DNA of 64,000 nt from a bacterium UBP14_UBA6098 (GCA_002428525.1 DIWU01000003.1:16662-80661), one strand, 5' to 3'. Shown: positions 38,309 through 47,849, numbered from the stretch's first letter. The notes: generated by a model from the letters alone, not told the origin. Numbers and translations are program-made.

Positions 38309-38557
38309 GTTAGCTCCTCGGGTTGATATTAAAATCGAAACTATCTAACTATGTTTCATGTAATTATATTAAATCCGTTGAAGTGATTTGTCAAGCCTAA
38401 ATTCTTTCTTCATGTCATTTAACAAAATGAGCATGAGACCGAAAAAGTGATTCCGGTCTTTCAAAATCGGTATTATATTTTATCAATTATAGGCGAAAGC
38501 GAAGATATAGCAACTTCTTCATTGCCCTCGAGATGCCGTTAAATACCTTATCTGCGG

Positions 38558-39520
38558 CTAAAAGACGAGGCGAAGCGTATCGCGGAAGATGCCCTTCGCT
38601 CCGAAGCCCTCTTTGAAATGCGCGAGGCCGAAATTCGGCTCCATATTGAGGGTATAGGTTCCGAAGTCGAACCATTCGAAGCCGCGGGCGATGCACCAGC
38701 GGAAGATCTCCCAGAACAGGAGGTTCAGGGGGCGGAATTTCTGCGCAGACTCGCGATGGCTGATATAGAAGGCGATGACTGCGCGCTCGTTGACCTCCCA
38801 GAGGTTGACACCGGCGACGGGCTCGCCCTCGGCGAGGGCGGTCATTTGGTGGATTTTTTCGGGGAAGCGGCGCTTGAGGTCGAGAAGCTCCTCGAGGGTG
38901 TGCGTGGGTTTGACATTGTGGCGCGCGCCGAGGTTGGCCTCGAGAATCGAATAGAATGGCGGGATTTCGGCATCGAGATCGATTATGACACCGAGCTTGG
39001 CGGCCTTGCGGGTTGAGGTTCGCGCCTCTGGGGTGAAACGCGCGAAGGTGGCCTCGTCGGTTGGGCCGAGGCGGAGAACCGCGGTCAGTTCGCGCTTGAC
39101 GAAGAAGGCGCCCCTTCGCATGAGAGCGAAATCGACATGCTCCTCGGGCATCGCGTGGTAGATCGTCGGGACGCGTGTGAACTCGATGCCCTCGTAGCCG
39201 CTTCGTTTTGCCCAATCGATCCAAAGCTCGACCATGCGGTGCGCGCCCTCGACGCCGACCTCCGGATCGAGGGCGATTCCGCCGAAGCTCGCGCCCGGGT
39301 GGCTGACATGAACTATCTTGCCGTCGCGGTTGCGGGTTGCCCCGGGAAGGATTCCGAGCATCTTGCCGCGGTGCTCGAAGAAAAGGTGGCGCGCGTCGAA
39401 GCGCCCGGCCGGGTGGTAATCGAGGAAGTTCTGTGTGTGGAACATCGTGCCGTTATTGGCCTTGGAGGCGAAGGCCTCCCATTTTTCGCGATGCTCGGGG
39501 GTGTATTCGACGATCTTCAT
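38558..39520 (-). CDS. GNAT-fold acyltransferase (FemAB/BioF2-like family), function unknown
   Basis: 320 aa MKIVEYTPEHREKWEAF... The length and overall pattern resemble FemAB-like/GNAT proteins. Assignment is by general family resemblance only. Confidence 0.45.
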   Translation of the reverse strand: MKIVEYTPEHREKWEAFASKANNGTMFHTQNFLDYHPAGRFDARHLFFEHRGKMLGILPGATRNRDGKIVHVSHPGASFGGIALDPEVGVEGAHRMVELWIDWAKRSGYEGIEFTRVPTIYHAMPEEHVDFALMRRGAFFVKRELTAVLRLGPTDEATFARFTPEARTSTRKAAKLGVIIDLDAEIPPFYSILEANLGARHNVKPTHTLEELLDLKRRFPEKIHQMTALAEGEPVAGVNLWEVNERAVIAFYISHRESAQKFRPLNLLFWEIFRWCIARGFEWFDFGTYTLNMEPNFGLAHFKEGFGAKGIFRDTLRLVF

Positions 39521-41775
39521 AGGTCATTCCTAATGAGTGCTATTTTTCCGCGGGCGATGCCCCTTGAAGAGGGGGCGATGAGGATATAAACCCCGCTCGC
39601 GACGGGTTTGCCGGCTGTGTTGCGGCCGTCCCATTCGACAGCGGCGGTGGGGCCTTTTTCGGCGCTGGTGATTGTGCGAACGAGTCCGCCGTCGGCGGAG
39701 AAGATGTTCAGATCGGCGTCGGCGGGGACACCGGAAATAATCACGCTCGTAGTAGCCCAGCCGTCCCATATGAAAGGATTCGGTGCGGAAATTAGGTCGG
39801 AGAGCTTATCCCCCTCGCTACCGAAGCCCGTCGTTAGGACACCGATCGCGCCCTCGCCCATAAACCAAACCTCGCCGTTGGCGGGATTGACTTTAACCGA
39901 ATAGAGATAATCGACCGGCAGGTCGGTCATCTCGTGGGAATCGGCGTTTGTGCTGAGGCGGGATTTGATTGCATGCCATGTCGTGTCGGAGCTTCGGAAC
40001 ATAGCCGCGCCGTCGTCGGTGGCAATCCAGACATTGTCCCACTCGTCGATCGCGACATCGGCAACACCGAGGGAAATATGGTCGGGGATAGTTCTTTGTA
40101 GGACAATTCCGAGGCTCGGCTCGATCGTCGCGACACCGCCGTCCGCGGCAATCCAAGCCCGTCCCTCGCTGTCCGAGGCGATTTGGAAGACCGAGGAACT
40201 GGGCAAGGCGTCTCGGTAGGCGTAGATTCGGTCGTCGGAGGTTTCGGCGATATTCGACCCGAGGGCGATTTCGACGACACCCTCGTCCTTGATGACAAGC
40301 CAAACTCTCGATTCGTCGACGGCGATGCCGTGAATATTATTCGAGGTGATGCCGGTGGAGCCGCTGTAGTATGAAACAACCGGCGAATCGAGACCGCCGT
40401 AGGGGCTGAAGGCCGCGACCGCCAGCGCCGAGGTAGCGTAAAAGTTCGTCACCCAGATTAGATCGCGGAAGGGATCGTAGGCCAAGGCGCGGCAAACGAC
40501 CACCGAGGGCGCGCCGGTGATTCCACGGAGAACGCTGTTCGTCTCGTTGAAGACTTGCCATTCGCCGTCAGAGGCGCGGCGGAAGACGCCATAGCCGTTC
40601 GTCCCTACCCAGAGGGCGCCGGTCGCGTCGATATCGATGCTGTAGGCTGTGAAAATTCCCCGCTCAACTATCGCCATAAGCGAATCGGAGGTTGAGATTG
40701 TCCAATCGGAGAAGGCCTCCCATCGGTCGTTTTCGAGGCGCATCACACCGAGATTCCGTGCGATGAGCCATACAGCGCCGTCCGGGGCGAAGGCTACATC
40801 GGAGAAGCCGGTGCCGGAGGGGGTATTCGGGGAAATCACGCGGACAGTGTCTTCGCGAAGGACGCCGAAGCCGACCTCCATACCGACGAAAAGCTCGCCG
40901 TCGTGGGAGGTTCCGCCGTGAACCGCCCAGTGTTCGCTGAGGCGGACTGGAGCGAAGGTGCCGTTCGGCCTGTGTTTGAAAAGGCCTGAGCCTCCGGCGG
41001 CATAGAATTCGTTATTGAAGTAGAAGAAATCGTCGATTATTCGATTGAACATGTATGAATCGGTTAGTGTATCGACGATTGTGCCATCGGTCCAGAAGAT
41101 CGAGGGCTGTCCCGAGATGGGTTCGAGGGCGAACCATACACCGCCGGAATCGGCGAAGACTCCGTTGACCGGCCGCGAGGTACTCATGTTGCGCCATCCG
41201 CCGGGGACAAAGAGGTTATCCGATAGCCGGGCGAAGGCGAGGCCGGAGGCGGTGGCGGCCCATATGAGGCTGTCGTCGGCGGAGATCGCTGTGACGGCGA
41301 TGTTGCGGTCGAAGCTCCCGAGCTTGGTGTAGTTCTCGGCGATCTCGATGGGGTCTGTGCCCGAGAAGATATTCAGTTTGGATATGCCGACCGAGGTCGC
41401 GACGAAGAGGTTCTCGCCCGAGGCGATGAGGTCGTTCGCAGAGATATTCGACCGAACAAGGTCTGAATTCGTCCGAAAGCGATTGCCCTCGAGGCGGCCT
41501 ATCGAGCCGTTAGAGGCGCAGTAGAAAAGCTTGTCCCCTAAAACCGCTAAGCCTGTGATATCAAGGCCGCCGAGGCCGTCGAGGTTGGTCATGACCGTCG
41601 AGCGCTCGAGGGCGGGGTTATAGCGGATTAATCCGCCTTTGGTTCCGACGAAGACCTCGTCGCCGAACGAGGCGATCGCGTTTGTGTAATGCGCGTCGGC
41701 GTAGGTTCTCCACGACCCGGCCAGCTGACCGAAGACCGAGGATAAAAGAATAATAAGAATTAAAAAATGCTTCAT
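39517..41775 (-). CDS. T9SS-secreted beta-propeller protein (two-component-regulator-propeller-like repeats) with C-terminal sorting domain
   Basis: Start taken at MKHFLILIILLSSVFGQ (ATG at 41775, overlapping the lnt stop in ATGA); the longer Arg-rich upstream extension is implausible. Repeated ~45-aa propeller-blade-like units (..G.W.GT..GL...D). C-terminal NPFIWDGWATTSVIISGVPADADLNIFSADGGLVRTI...SGVYILIAPSSRGIARGKIALIRNDL is a T9SS CTD. Confidence 0.7.
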   Translation of the reverse strand: MKHFLILIILLSSVFGQLAGSWRTYADAHYTNAIASFGDEVFVGTKGGLIRYNPALERSTVMTNLDGLGGLDITGLAVLGDKLFYCASNGSIGRLEGNRFRTNSDLVRSNISANDLIASGENLFVATSVGISKLNIFSGTDPIEIAENYTKLGSFDRNIAVTAISADDSLIWAATASGLAFARLSDNLFVPGGWRNMSTSRPVNGVFADSGGVWFALEPISGQPSIFWTDGTIVDTLTDSYMFNRIIDDFFYFNNEFYAAGGSGLFKHRPNGTFAPVRLSEHWAVHGGTSHDGELFVGMEVGFGVLREDTVRVISPNTPSGTGFSDVAFAPDGAVWLIARNLGVMRLENDRWEAFSDWTISTSDSLMAIVERGIFTAYSIDIDATGALWVGTNGYGVFRRASDGEWQVFNETNSVLRGITGAPSVVVCRALAYDPFRDLIWVTNFYATSALAVAAFSPYGGLDSPVVSYYSGSTGITSNNIHGIAVDESRVWLVIKDEGVVEIALGSNIAETSDDRIYAYRDALPSSSVFQIASDSEGRAWIAADGGVATIEPSLGIVLQRTIPDHISLGVADVAIDEWDNVWIATDDGAAMFRSSDTTWHAIKSRLSTNADSHEMTDLPVDYLYSVKVNPANGEVWFMGEGAIGVLTTGFGSEGDKLSDLISAPNPFIWDGWATTSVIISGVPADADLNIFSADGGLVRTITSAEKGPTAAVEWDGRNTAGKPVASGVYILIAPSSRGIARGKIALIRNDL

Positions 41776-43259
41776 TGAGTCTTCAATAATAATACCGCTA
41801 AAACGAGCAGAAAAGGAGTAGCAAAAAGACTGCCATAGCCGAGCCATTCGCCGGATCGGGTGAAGAATGTTCCGCCGGAGGAAACCGGGATACTGCCTAC
41901 GAGCGTGGCTTTGACGCCGAGGGGTAGCGACGAGATGAGCCTCCCCTTTGTGTCGATGAATAGCGAGATCCCGGTCTGAGCGCAACGCGCGACCGCGAGG
42001 CGCGTTTCGACGGCGCGGAATCGGCTGAAGTTGGCGTGTTGGTAGGGGCCGGGGGTCATGCCGAACCAGTCGTCGTTGGTCAGGTTCACGAGGAATTGGG
42101 CGCCCATGCGGGCAAAGCCTAAGGCCGAGCGGCTGAAGACCGATTCGAAGCATATCGGCGTGCCAAATTTGCCCTTTTCGACCTCGAAGACGAGAAAGTT
42201 CTCGCCGCGGGCGAAATGACTTCCTCCGACATCGAGATTCCGGAGGCCGGGAATGAACTCTTGGAAGGGGATCTGCTCGCTCATCGGCACGAGTTCCATC
42301 TTGTGGTAGGACTCGCTAATACGCATCGGCTCGATGAGCACGGAGGCGTTGTAGTAGTGGGTCGAGCGGCGTTCGGGGTCGAAGTCGAGCGTGCCGGTTA
42401 TAATCGGCGCGCCGGCGCGGTCGGAGGCCTGCTGAAGAATACCTATCAGTGCGGGATAGCTACGGTGGTAATGCGCGGTGGCCGTCTCGGGCAGGACGAT
42501 AAGATCGACCGGTTCATCGAGCGAGTCGATCATTGCGCTGTAGATATGGATATTTTGCCTGCGAAACGGGCCTTCCCATTTCTGCTCGGCGGGGATATTG
42601 CCCTGTATGAGGGCGATCTTGATCGACTCCGACGGCTCGGGGCGTTTAAGGCAATATAGGCCATAAATGATTGGTAGGACGAAGGTTAGAATCAACGCGA
42701 TTATCAGGATCAGCCGCCTTTTTCCGATGAAAAACAGCGCAAAGATGAGGGCGTTGATCGCGACAATCCAAAGGCTGATGCCGAGGTGTCCGGTGATATC
42801 GGCCATCTGAATAAAGACTGTGTAGTTGCCCTGAGTGTAGGCCAAATCGAGCCACGGAAAACCGAGGCGGCCATAACCACGGGCGAACTCCATCGCGACC
42901 CAAAGCACCGGCGAGGCCGCCAGCGCTAGCGCTTCGCTTCGCCGCTCGAGGAATGAGTAAAGCAAGGCGAAAAGTGCGCTATAAAGTGAAAGAAGAGTGA
43001 CGGCGCCGATCATGCCCGCAAATGTCGGCAGGGCGATCCAGTAAAGCGAAAGCAGGTTCGAGGTGAAGCCCCAAAGATAGCCTAATGCGAAGGCCGAGCG
43101 GCCGGACTTTCCTCGAAGAGCGGCGAAAAGCGGGACAAGGCAGAAAAAGGCGAGAAATGCCGGAAAAAGCGGCGGTTGCGCCGCGGAGAGAAGGACACCA
43201 CCGGAGACGGCATAGATCAGATCGCGACTCGAGGCCTTATCTCGAGGTTTGATGCTCAA
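41772..43259 (-). CDS. lnt: Apolipoprotein N-acyltransferase
   Basis: N-terminal polytopic membrane region followed by a CN-hydrolase (nitrilase-superfamily) domain. The start is probably a TTG at 43259 overlapping the purM stop (TTGA); the longer ORF to 43487 would overlap purM. Confidence 0.8.
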   Translation of the reverse strand: MSIKPRDKASSRDLIYAVSGGVLLSAAQPPLFPAFLAFFCLVPLFAALRGKSGRSAFALGYLWGFTSNLLSLYWIALPTFAGMIGAVTLLSLYSALFALLYSFLERRSEALALAASPVLWVAMEFARGYGRLGFPWLDLAYTQGNYTVFIQMADITGHLGISLWIVAINALIFALFFIGKRRLILIIALILTFVLPIIYGLYCLKRPEPSESIKIALIQGNIPAEQKWEGPFRRQNIHIYSAMIDSLDEPVDLIVLPETATAHYHRSYPALIGILQQASDRAGAPIITGTLDFDPERRSTHYYNASVLIEPMRISESYHKMELVPMSEQIPFQEFIPGLRNLDVGGSHFARGENFLVFEVEKGKFGTPICFESVFSRSALGFARMGAQFLVNLTNDDWFGMTPGPYQHANFSRFRAVETRLAVARCAQTGISLFIDTKGRLISSLPLGVKATLVGSIPVSSGGTFFTRSGEWLGYGSLFATPFLLVLAVLLLKTQ

Positions 43260-44281
43260 CGCAAGCCGCCGATCTCGACCGAGCGCTCGCCGGAGACTAT
43301 CTCGCCGCAGGGGATTGCGGCCAATTCGAAAGCCATCGGGAGATCGTTCGGCCGAAGGGCAAGTATGAAGCCGGCGCCCATGTTGAAGACCTCGAACATC
43401 TCGCCCCGAGGGATATCGCCGGTCGAGCGGATCAGCTCGAATATCGGCGGGATGGGGATTTGCGAAACCTCGACGAGTGCGCGACAACCCTTCGGAAGGA
43501 CGCGGATCAGGTTTCCGGCTATGCCTCCGCCGGTGATATGCGCCATGCCGGAGATTTCTATGTTGTTCTGTAATAGCGATTTAACCCTACCGAGGAAACT
43601 CGGGTGAACCGCGAGCAGGGCCTCCCCCACCGACTGGCCGCCGAGAAGCTCCGGTCTGTCGTCGGGGGCGAATCTGCCCGAATCGAGCAAAACCCTGCGC
43701 GCGAGGGAATAGCCGTTTGTCATGAGGCCGTTGCTGGGGAGCGCGACGAGGCGGTCGCCGGGGCGGATGGCACCGCCGTCGATGTAGGTTTCGTCGGTGG
43801 CGGTGCCGACTATGAAGCCCGCGAGGTCGAAATCGCCGGGCGAGTAAATCCCGGGGAGTTGAGCGGTCTCACCGCCGATGAGCGCGAGGCCGTTCTCGAC
43901 GCATGAGGTCGAAAGCCCCTCGACAAGCTCGGCGATCCTCTCGGCGGTCATATCGGAATGGCCGATATAGTCGAGGAAGAAAAGCGGGGCGGCGTTCAGG
44001 GTTAACAGGTCGTTGACGCAGTGGTTGACGAGGTCGCGGCCGACCGTGTTGAAGACGCCCATCGCCGAGGCGACCTTCAGCTTAGTCCCGACGCCGTCCG
44101 CGGAGGCGAGAAGCAGATTTCGCGAGCCTTCGGGAAAACGAAAGACCCCTCCGAAAGCGCCGATATCCGAGACCACTCCCGAAGTGAAGGTTTTCTTTGC
44201 CAGCGCGGCAATTCTGCGCTTGGCCTCATCGCCGGCGGAGATATCGACTCCGGCGGCTCTATAGGATTCACTACTTTTCAC
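43256..44281 (-). CDS. purM: Phosphoribosylformylglycinamidine cyclo-ligase (AIR synthetase)
   Basis: 341 aa. Full-length PurM similarity (...AAGVDISAGDEAKRRIA..., ...GIGGETAQLPGIY...). Confidence 0.95.
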   Translation of the reverse strand: MKSSESYRAAGVDISAGDEAKRRIAALAKKTFTSGVVSDIGAFGGVFRFPEGSRNLLLASADGVGTKLKVASAMGVFNTVGRDLVNHCVNDLLTLNAAPLFFLDYIGHSDMTAERIAELVEGLSTSCVENGLALIGGETAQLPGIYSPGDFDLAGFIVGTATDETYIDGGAIRPGDRLVALPSNGLMTNGYSLARRVLLDSGRFAPDDRPELLGGQSVGEALLAVHPSFLGRVKSLLQNNIEISGMAHITGGGIAGNLIRVLPKGCRALVEVSQIPIPPIFELIRSTGDIPRGEMFEVFNMGAGFILALRPNDLPMAFELAAIPCGEIVSGERSVEIGGLR

Positions 44282-44943
44282 GCTAATTTCACTCCATTGA
44301 TTATAAGCTCGAAGTCCGCGCCGAGGTATTCGGCGGCGACCTTGCTTGAATGCATTCTTTGAAGGAAGATCTCGAAATACTCCATAACAGAGGCCACCTT
44401 GGGCGCGATCAGAATCTCGATGCCTATCGTTTTGCCCTCGTTTTTTATGAAGATATCGCTACTGACCGCGGCGAAATTGACGCGGTCGTGGATATCGCCG
44501 ACGACATCGCCCGAGGCGCGGACGCGCGAGGAGTGGACATCGGATTTGTCGGCGATAATCAGCGCGGCGGAGATGTTCGAGACCGGCTCGCCCTCGCCCT
44601 CGTGGTGGTTGCCGATTGCTGCGATGATTTTATTGGCTTCGTCGAAGTCCATGCCGAGGCGAAGGAGAATCGGCCGCGCCAAAACCGCGCCGAAAAGTGC
44701 GTGTTGCCTTCGGTTGACGACATTGCCGATGTCGTGCATATGCCCTGCGATTGCGGCAAGCTCGGCCTCGCGCTCGGAATGGCCGAGGCCGAGGATTATC
44801 CTGCGCGCGCGCTCGGCGACAACTCCGAGGTGGCGCGGGCCGTGCTCCGTGTAGCCTATTTCCTCGAGGTTATGGTCGGCCGAGGCGATAAGGCTTTGGA
44901 CCTCGGGATCGCTGATTATCGTATTCAGTGTTATTTCGCTCAT
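44278..44943 (-). CDS. HD-domain phosphohydrolase
   Basis: 221 aa. H..HD motif (HMHDIGNVVNR...). Its stop overlaps the purM start (ATGA), suggesting an operon. Confidence 0.75.
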   Translation of the reverse strand: MSEITLNTIISDPEVQSLIASADHNLEEIGYTEHGPRHLGVVAERARRIILGLGHSEREAELAAIAGHMHDIGNVVNRRQHALFGAVLARPILLRLGMDFDEANKIIAAIGNHHEGEGEPVSNISAALIIADKSDVHSSRVRASGDVVGDIHDRVNFAAVSSDIFIKNEGKTIGIEILIAPKVASVMEYFEIFLQRMHSSKVAAEYLGADFELIINGVKLA

Positions 44944-45175
44944 AGACTTTATTTCTCCGCGTATCGAACTACAGATTTATTAAAATATAAAACAATCCGA
45001 TTCATGTCAAGGAAATATGAAGAATGGGAATCGCCGGGATGAGGCGATGTAAATTGCATGTTGACGCTTTTTGCTTTGCATTTTCGATAAAAATTCATAT
45101 ATTTATAAATCTTGATATTAATCGGAATGATGGAATCTATACCTTGTTAACACAAAGCAAGACGAAAGGACACCA

Positions 45176-46690
45176 ATGAAGCAAATCCTCGAAAAATTCG
45201 GCCTCACCGGAGACCTTTACGGCGGTTTCGACGGTGAATGGTTCGGACACGGCAGTATTCTCGAATCCTACAGCCCGATCGACGGCAGTCTTTTGGCCAA
45301 GATTCATCAGGTCGACAGTAGCGACTACGAACGCATCGCTAAATCGGCCGAAAGGGCCTTCGAGGTTTGGCGCGATGTTCCCGCCCCGAAGCGCGGCCTT
45401 TTGGTTCGCGCGTTCGCGGACAAGCTTCGCGAGCACAAGGACGATCTCGGCGCGTTGGTCTCCATCGAGATGGGTAAAATCCATATGGAGGGCAAGGGCG
45501 AGGTTCAAGAGATGATCGATGTCTGCGACTTCGCAGTCGGTCTCTCGCGCCAGCTTTACGGCCTGACGATGAAGTCCGAGCGCGAAGAGCATTTCATGAT
45601 GGAGCAATGGCATCCGTTGGGGATAGTCGGCATCATTACCGCCTTCAATTTCCCGGTTGCGGTTTGGTCTTGGAACATCGCGCTTTCGCTGGTTTGCGGC
45701 GATTCGAATATCTGGAAGCCCTCGAGCAAAACCCCGCTTATCGCTCTCGCCTGCACGAAGCTCGCCGAGGGCGTCTGCCGCGAGCAGGGCGTCGATCCGG
45801 CGGTGCTTTCGCTGGTAATCGGCAAGGGTAGCGATGTCGGGGAGAAAATTCTACTCGACGACAGGGTGAAGCTGATTTCCTGCACCGGTAGCACCTCAGT
45901 CGGGCGCCGTGTCGGCAGGATTGTCGGCGAGAGGCTCGGACGGACTATTTTAGAACTCGGCGGAAACAACGCGATCATCGTCACGCCGGATGCCGATATG
46001 GAGATGGCGCTGAGGGCGATCCTCTTCGGCGCGGTCGGAACCACGGGCCAGCGTTGCACCTCGACGCGCAGGATCATCGTCCATAAGTCGATCAAGGAGA
46101 CGCTCGTCAACCGACTGATCAACGCCTACAAACAGGTCAAGATAGGTAATCCGCTCGACCCCGAGACGATTATGGGGCCGATGGTCGATACCGGCGCGGT
46201 TAAGGAGATGATGAACGCGATCGGTCTTATCAAGGAGCAGGGCGGGAAGATACTTTACGGCGGCGAGCAACTCGATCTGCCGGGAGGGTGCTATGTGACC
46301 CCGTGCATCGCGGAGGCCAAGAACGAGATGGAGATCGTGCAGAACGAGACCTTCGCGCCGATTCTCTATATCATCGAATACAGCGATTTCGAGGAGGCTT
46401 TGAGGCTTCACAACGGCGTGCCGCAAGGGCTGTCCTCGGCGATCTTCACGAACAACTTCCGCGAGGCGCAGAGTTTCCTCTCGGCGGCGGGTTCGGATTG
46501 CGGAATCGCTAATGTCAATCTCGGCACCTCGGGCGCCGAGATCGGCGGGGCGTTCGGCGGCGAGAAGGAGACCGGCGGCGGTAGGGAGTCCGGCTCGGAC
46601 AGCTGGAAGACCTATATGCGCCGTCAGACGAACACATTGAATTACTCGAAGAACCTGATTCTCGCGCAGGGGATAAAGTTCGGGGAATAG
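45176..46690 (+). CDS. Aldehyde dehydrogenase, ALDH7/antiquitin-like (alpha-aminoadipic/piperideine-6-carboxylate semialdehyde dehydrogenase family)
   Basis: 504 aa. N-terminus LTGDLYGGFDGEWFGHGS...SPIDGSLLAKIHQVD is characteristic of the ALDH7 subfamily. Catalytic Cys region ...GQRCTS... and ...EKETGGGRESGSD.. near the C-terminus. Confidence 0.9.
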   Translation: MKQILEKFGLTGDLYGGFDGEWFGHGSILESYSPIDGSLLAKIHQVDSSDYERIAKSAERAFEVWRDVPAPKRGLLVRAFADKLREHKDDLGALVSIEMGKIHMEGKGEVQEMIDVCDFAVGLSRQLYGLTMKSEREEHFMMEQWHPLGIVGIITAFNFPVAVWSWNIALSLVCGDSNIWKPSSKTPLIALACTKLAEGVCREQGVDPAVLSLVIGKGSDVGEKILLDDRVKLISCTGSTSVGRRVGRIVGERLGRTILELGGNNAIIVTPDADMEMALRAILFGAVGTTGQRCTSTRRIIVHKSIKETLVNRLINAYKQVKIGNPLDPETIMGPMVDTGAVKEMMNAIGLIKEQGGKILYGGEQLDLPGGCYVTPCIAEAKNEMEIVQNETFAPILYIIEYSDFEEALRLHNGVPQGLSSAIFTNNFREAQSFLSAAGSDCGIANVNLGTSGAEIGGAFGGEKETGGGRESGSDSWKTYMRRQTNTLNYSKNLILAQGIKFGE

Positions 46691-46710
46691 AACTTTAGTT
46701 GACTTGGGGG

Positions 46711-46738
46711 GGGCGAACGCCCCCCCATTTTGTTGAAT
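46711..46738 (+). terminator. Rho-independent terminator after the aldehyde dehydrogenase gene
   Basis: GGGGGGGCGaaCGCCCCCCC hairpin followed by ATTTTGTTG. Confidence 0.7.
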
Positions 46739-46756
46739 GGAAAAAATGGAGAGAGA

Positions 46757-46984
46757 ATGAAACAAAAAGGTGTAGAAACGAAGCATGGTCGTTTCACTGC
46801 GATAATCGAACGAGACGAGGACGGCTATTTCGTCGGCACTGTTCCGACTTTGAAAAGCTGTTATACGCAGGCAAAAACTATAGACGAATTAGTAAATAGG
46901 CTCAAAGAGGTTATCCTTCTTTGCCTTGAGGAACAAGAAGCTACCGAACTCGAATTCGTAGGTATCCAGACTATTGAGGCTTAA
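46757..46984 (+). CDS. hicB: Type II toxin-antitoxin system antitoxin, HicB family
   Basis: 75 aa MKQKGVETKHGRFTAIIERDEDGYFVGTVPTLKSCYTQAKTIDELVNRLKEVILLCLEE..., with the UPF0150/HicB fold signature. GGAGAGAG RBS precedes the ATG. Confidence 0.8.
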   Translation: MKQKGVETKHGRFTAIIERDEDGYFVGTVPTLKSCYTQAKTIDELVNRLKEVILLCLEEQEATELEFVGIQTIEA

Positions 46985-46986
46985 AG

Positions 46987-47217
46987 ATGAGCCGTCTTCC
47001 GACTATCAACGCAAAAGTTATGATCTCATTTGTTGAGTCTAAAGGATTTGTTCTCTCAAGGCAAAAAGGAAGTCATAAAATATTTCGTCATCCTGACGGT
47101 CGAACGGCAACAATCCCATGCCATAAAGGCGAAGATCTGGGAAGAGGGATTGTCGTAAAAATATTAAACGATGTCGATTCGAATATTAGAGATTTTGAAG
47201 TATGGTTGAATAAATGA
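46987..47217 (+). CDS. hicA: Type II toxin-antitoxin system toxin, HicA family (mRNA interferase)
   Basis: 76 aa MSRLPTINAKVMISFVESKGFVLSRQKGSHKIFRHPDGRTATIPCHKGEDLGRGIVVKILNDV, showing the YcfA/HicA signature. Starts 3 nt after the hicB stop. Confidence 0.85.
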   Translation: MSRLPTINAKVMISFVESKGFVLSRQKGSHKIFRHPDGRTATIPCHKGEDLGRGIVVKILNDVDSNIRDFEVWLNK

Positions 47218-47255
47218 GTTATAAAACGGCTTGAAACCTCTCTTTTGGAGTCAAT

Positions 47256-47840
47256 ATGGCACTTTCGCCGCTTGAGATTAGAAATCAGGATTTTCCAAAG
47301 TCGCCGATGGGGTATAAGCGCGACGATGTCAAGTTCTTCCTCGCGCAGGTTGCCGAGTCGGTCGCGGAACTTCACAAGGAACGCGATCACCTTTCGCGCC
47401 GCCTCGAGACAATGACCAAGCGTATAAGCGAACTCGAGGCGCAGTCCGGCGCTATCGGCCATGCCCTCGATCTCGCGAAGAAAGAGGGTCAGGAGATAAT
47501 CAACCGCGCGCAGGAAGAGGCGCGGCATATACGCGAGGGCGCCGACGACGAGGCGCAGAAGGTCATGTCGCGATACACTCAGCAGATCAACGAGACCAAG
47601 CAGGAGCTTTACGAACTTACTACAATAAAAGACGCATATTTTCGCAAGCTTATGCGGGTTTTGGAGCTTCAGGACAAGGCGCTGAAACAGTTCGACGAGG
47701 AATACGAGGCCAGAAGGATTCGCGCCTCGATCGAGACGCTGGCCGCGGGTTTTCGCATCGAATTCCCCCTGTCGGACGAGTCGGTTTTCGGCAATTCAAC
47801 ACACAGGAGAAGGCGCTCGTCGCTCTTCCCGATGGATTAA
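47256..47840 (+). CDS. divIVA: DivIVA-domain cell-division protein
   Basis: 194 aa. N-terminal MALSPLEIRNQDFPKSPMGYKRDDVKFFLAQV is the canonical DivIVA start, followed by a coiled-coil. Confidence 0.8.
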   Translation: MALSPLEIRNQDFPKSPMGYKRDDVKFFLAQVAESVAELHKERDHLSRRLETMTKRISELEAQSGAIGHALDLAKKEGQEIINRAQEEARHIREGADDEAQKVMSRYTQQINETKQELYELTTIKDAYFRKLMRVLELQDKALKQFDEEYEARRIRASIETLAAGFRIEFPLSDESVFGNSTHRRRRSSLFPMD

Positions 47841-47849
47841 GGATATTTT

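Noticed and set aside
38440-38470. Hairpin GACCGAAAAAGTGATTCCGGTC in the AT-rich spacer upstream of the giant gene
   Set aside because: There is no convincing U-tract on the minus strand where both flanking genes lie. It is more likely part of the giant gene's promoter or leader region.
41776-42153. N-terminal 126-aa extension of the beta-propeller T9SS ORF (39517..42153)
   Set aside because: The extension is Arg/Pro-rich and overlaps lnt. A proper signal peptide (MKHFLILIILLSSVFGQ) starts at 41775 with an ATGA overlap to the lnt stop.
43260-43487. Longer Lnt start at 43487
   Set aside because: It would overlap purM by 230 nt in a different frame with an Arg-rich translation. A TTG at 43259 coupled to the purM stop precedes the first Lnt TM segment.
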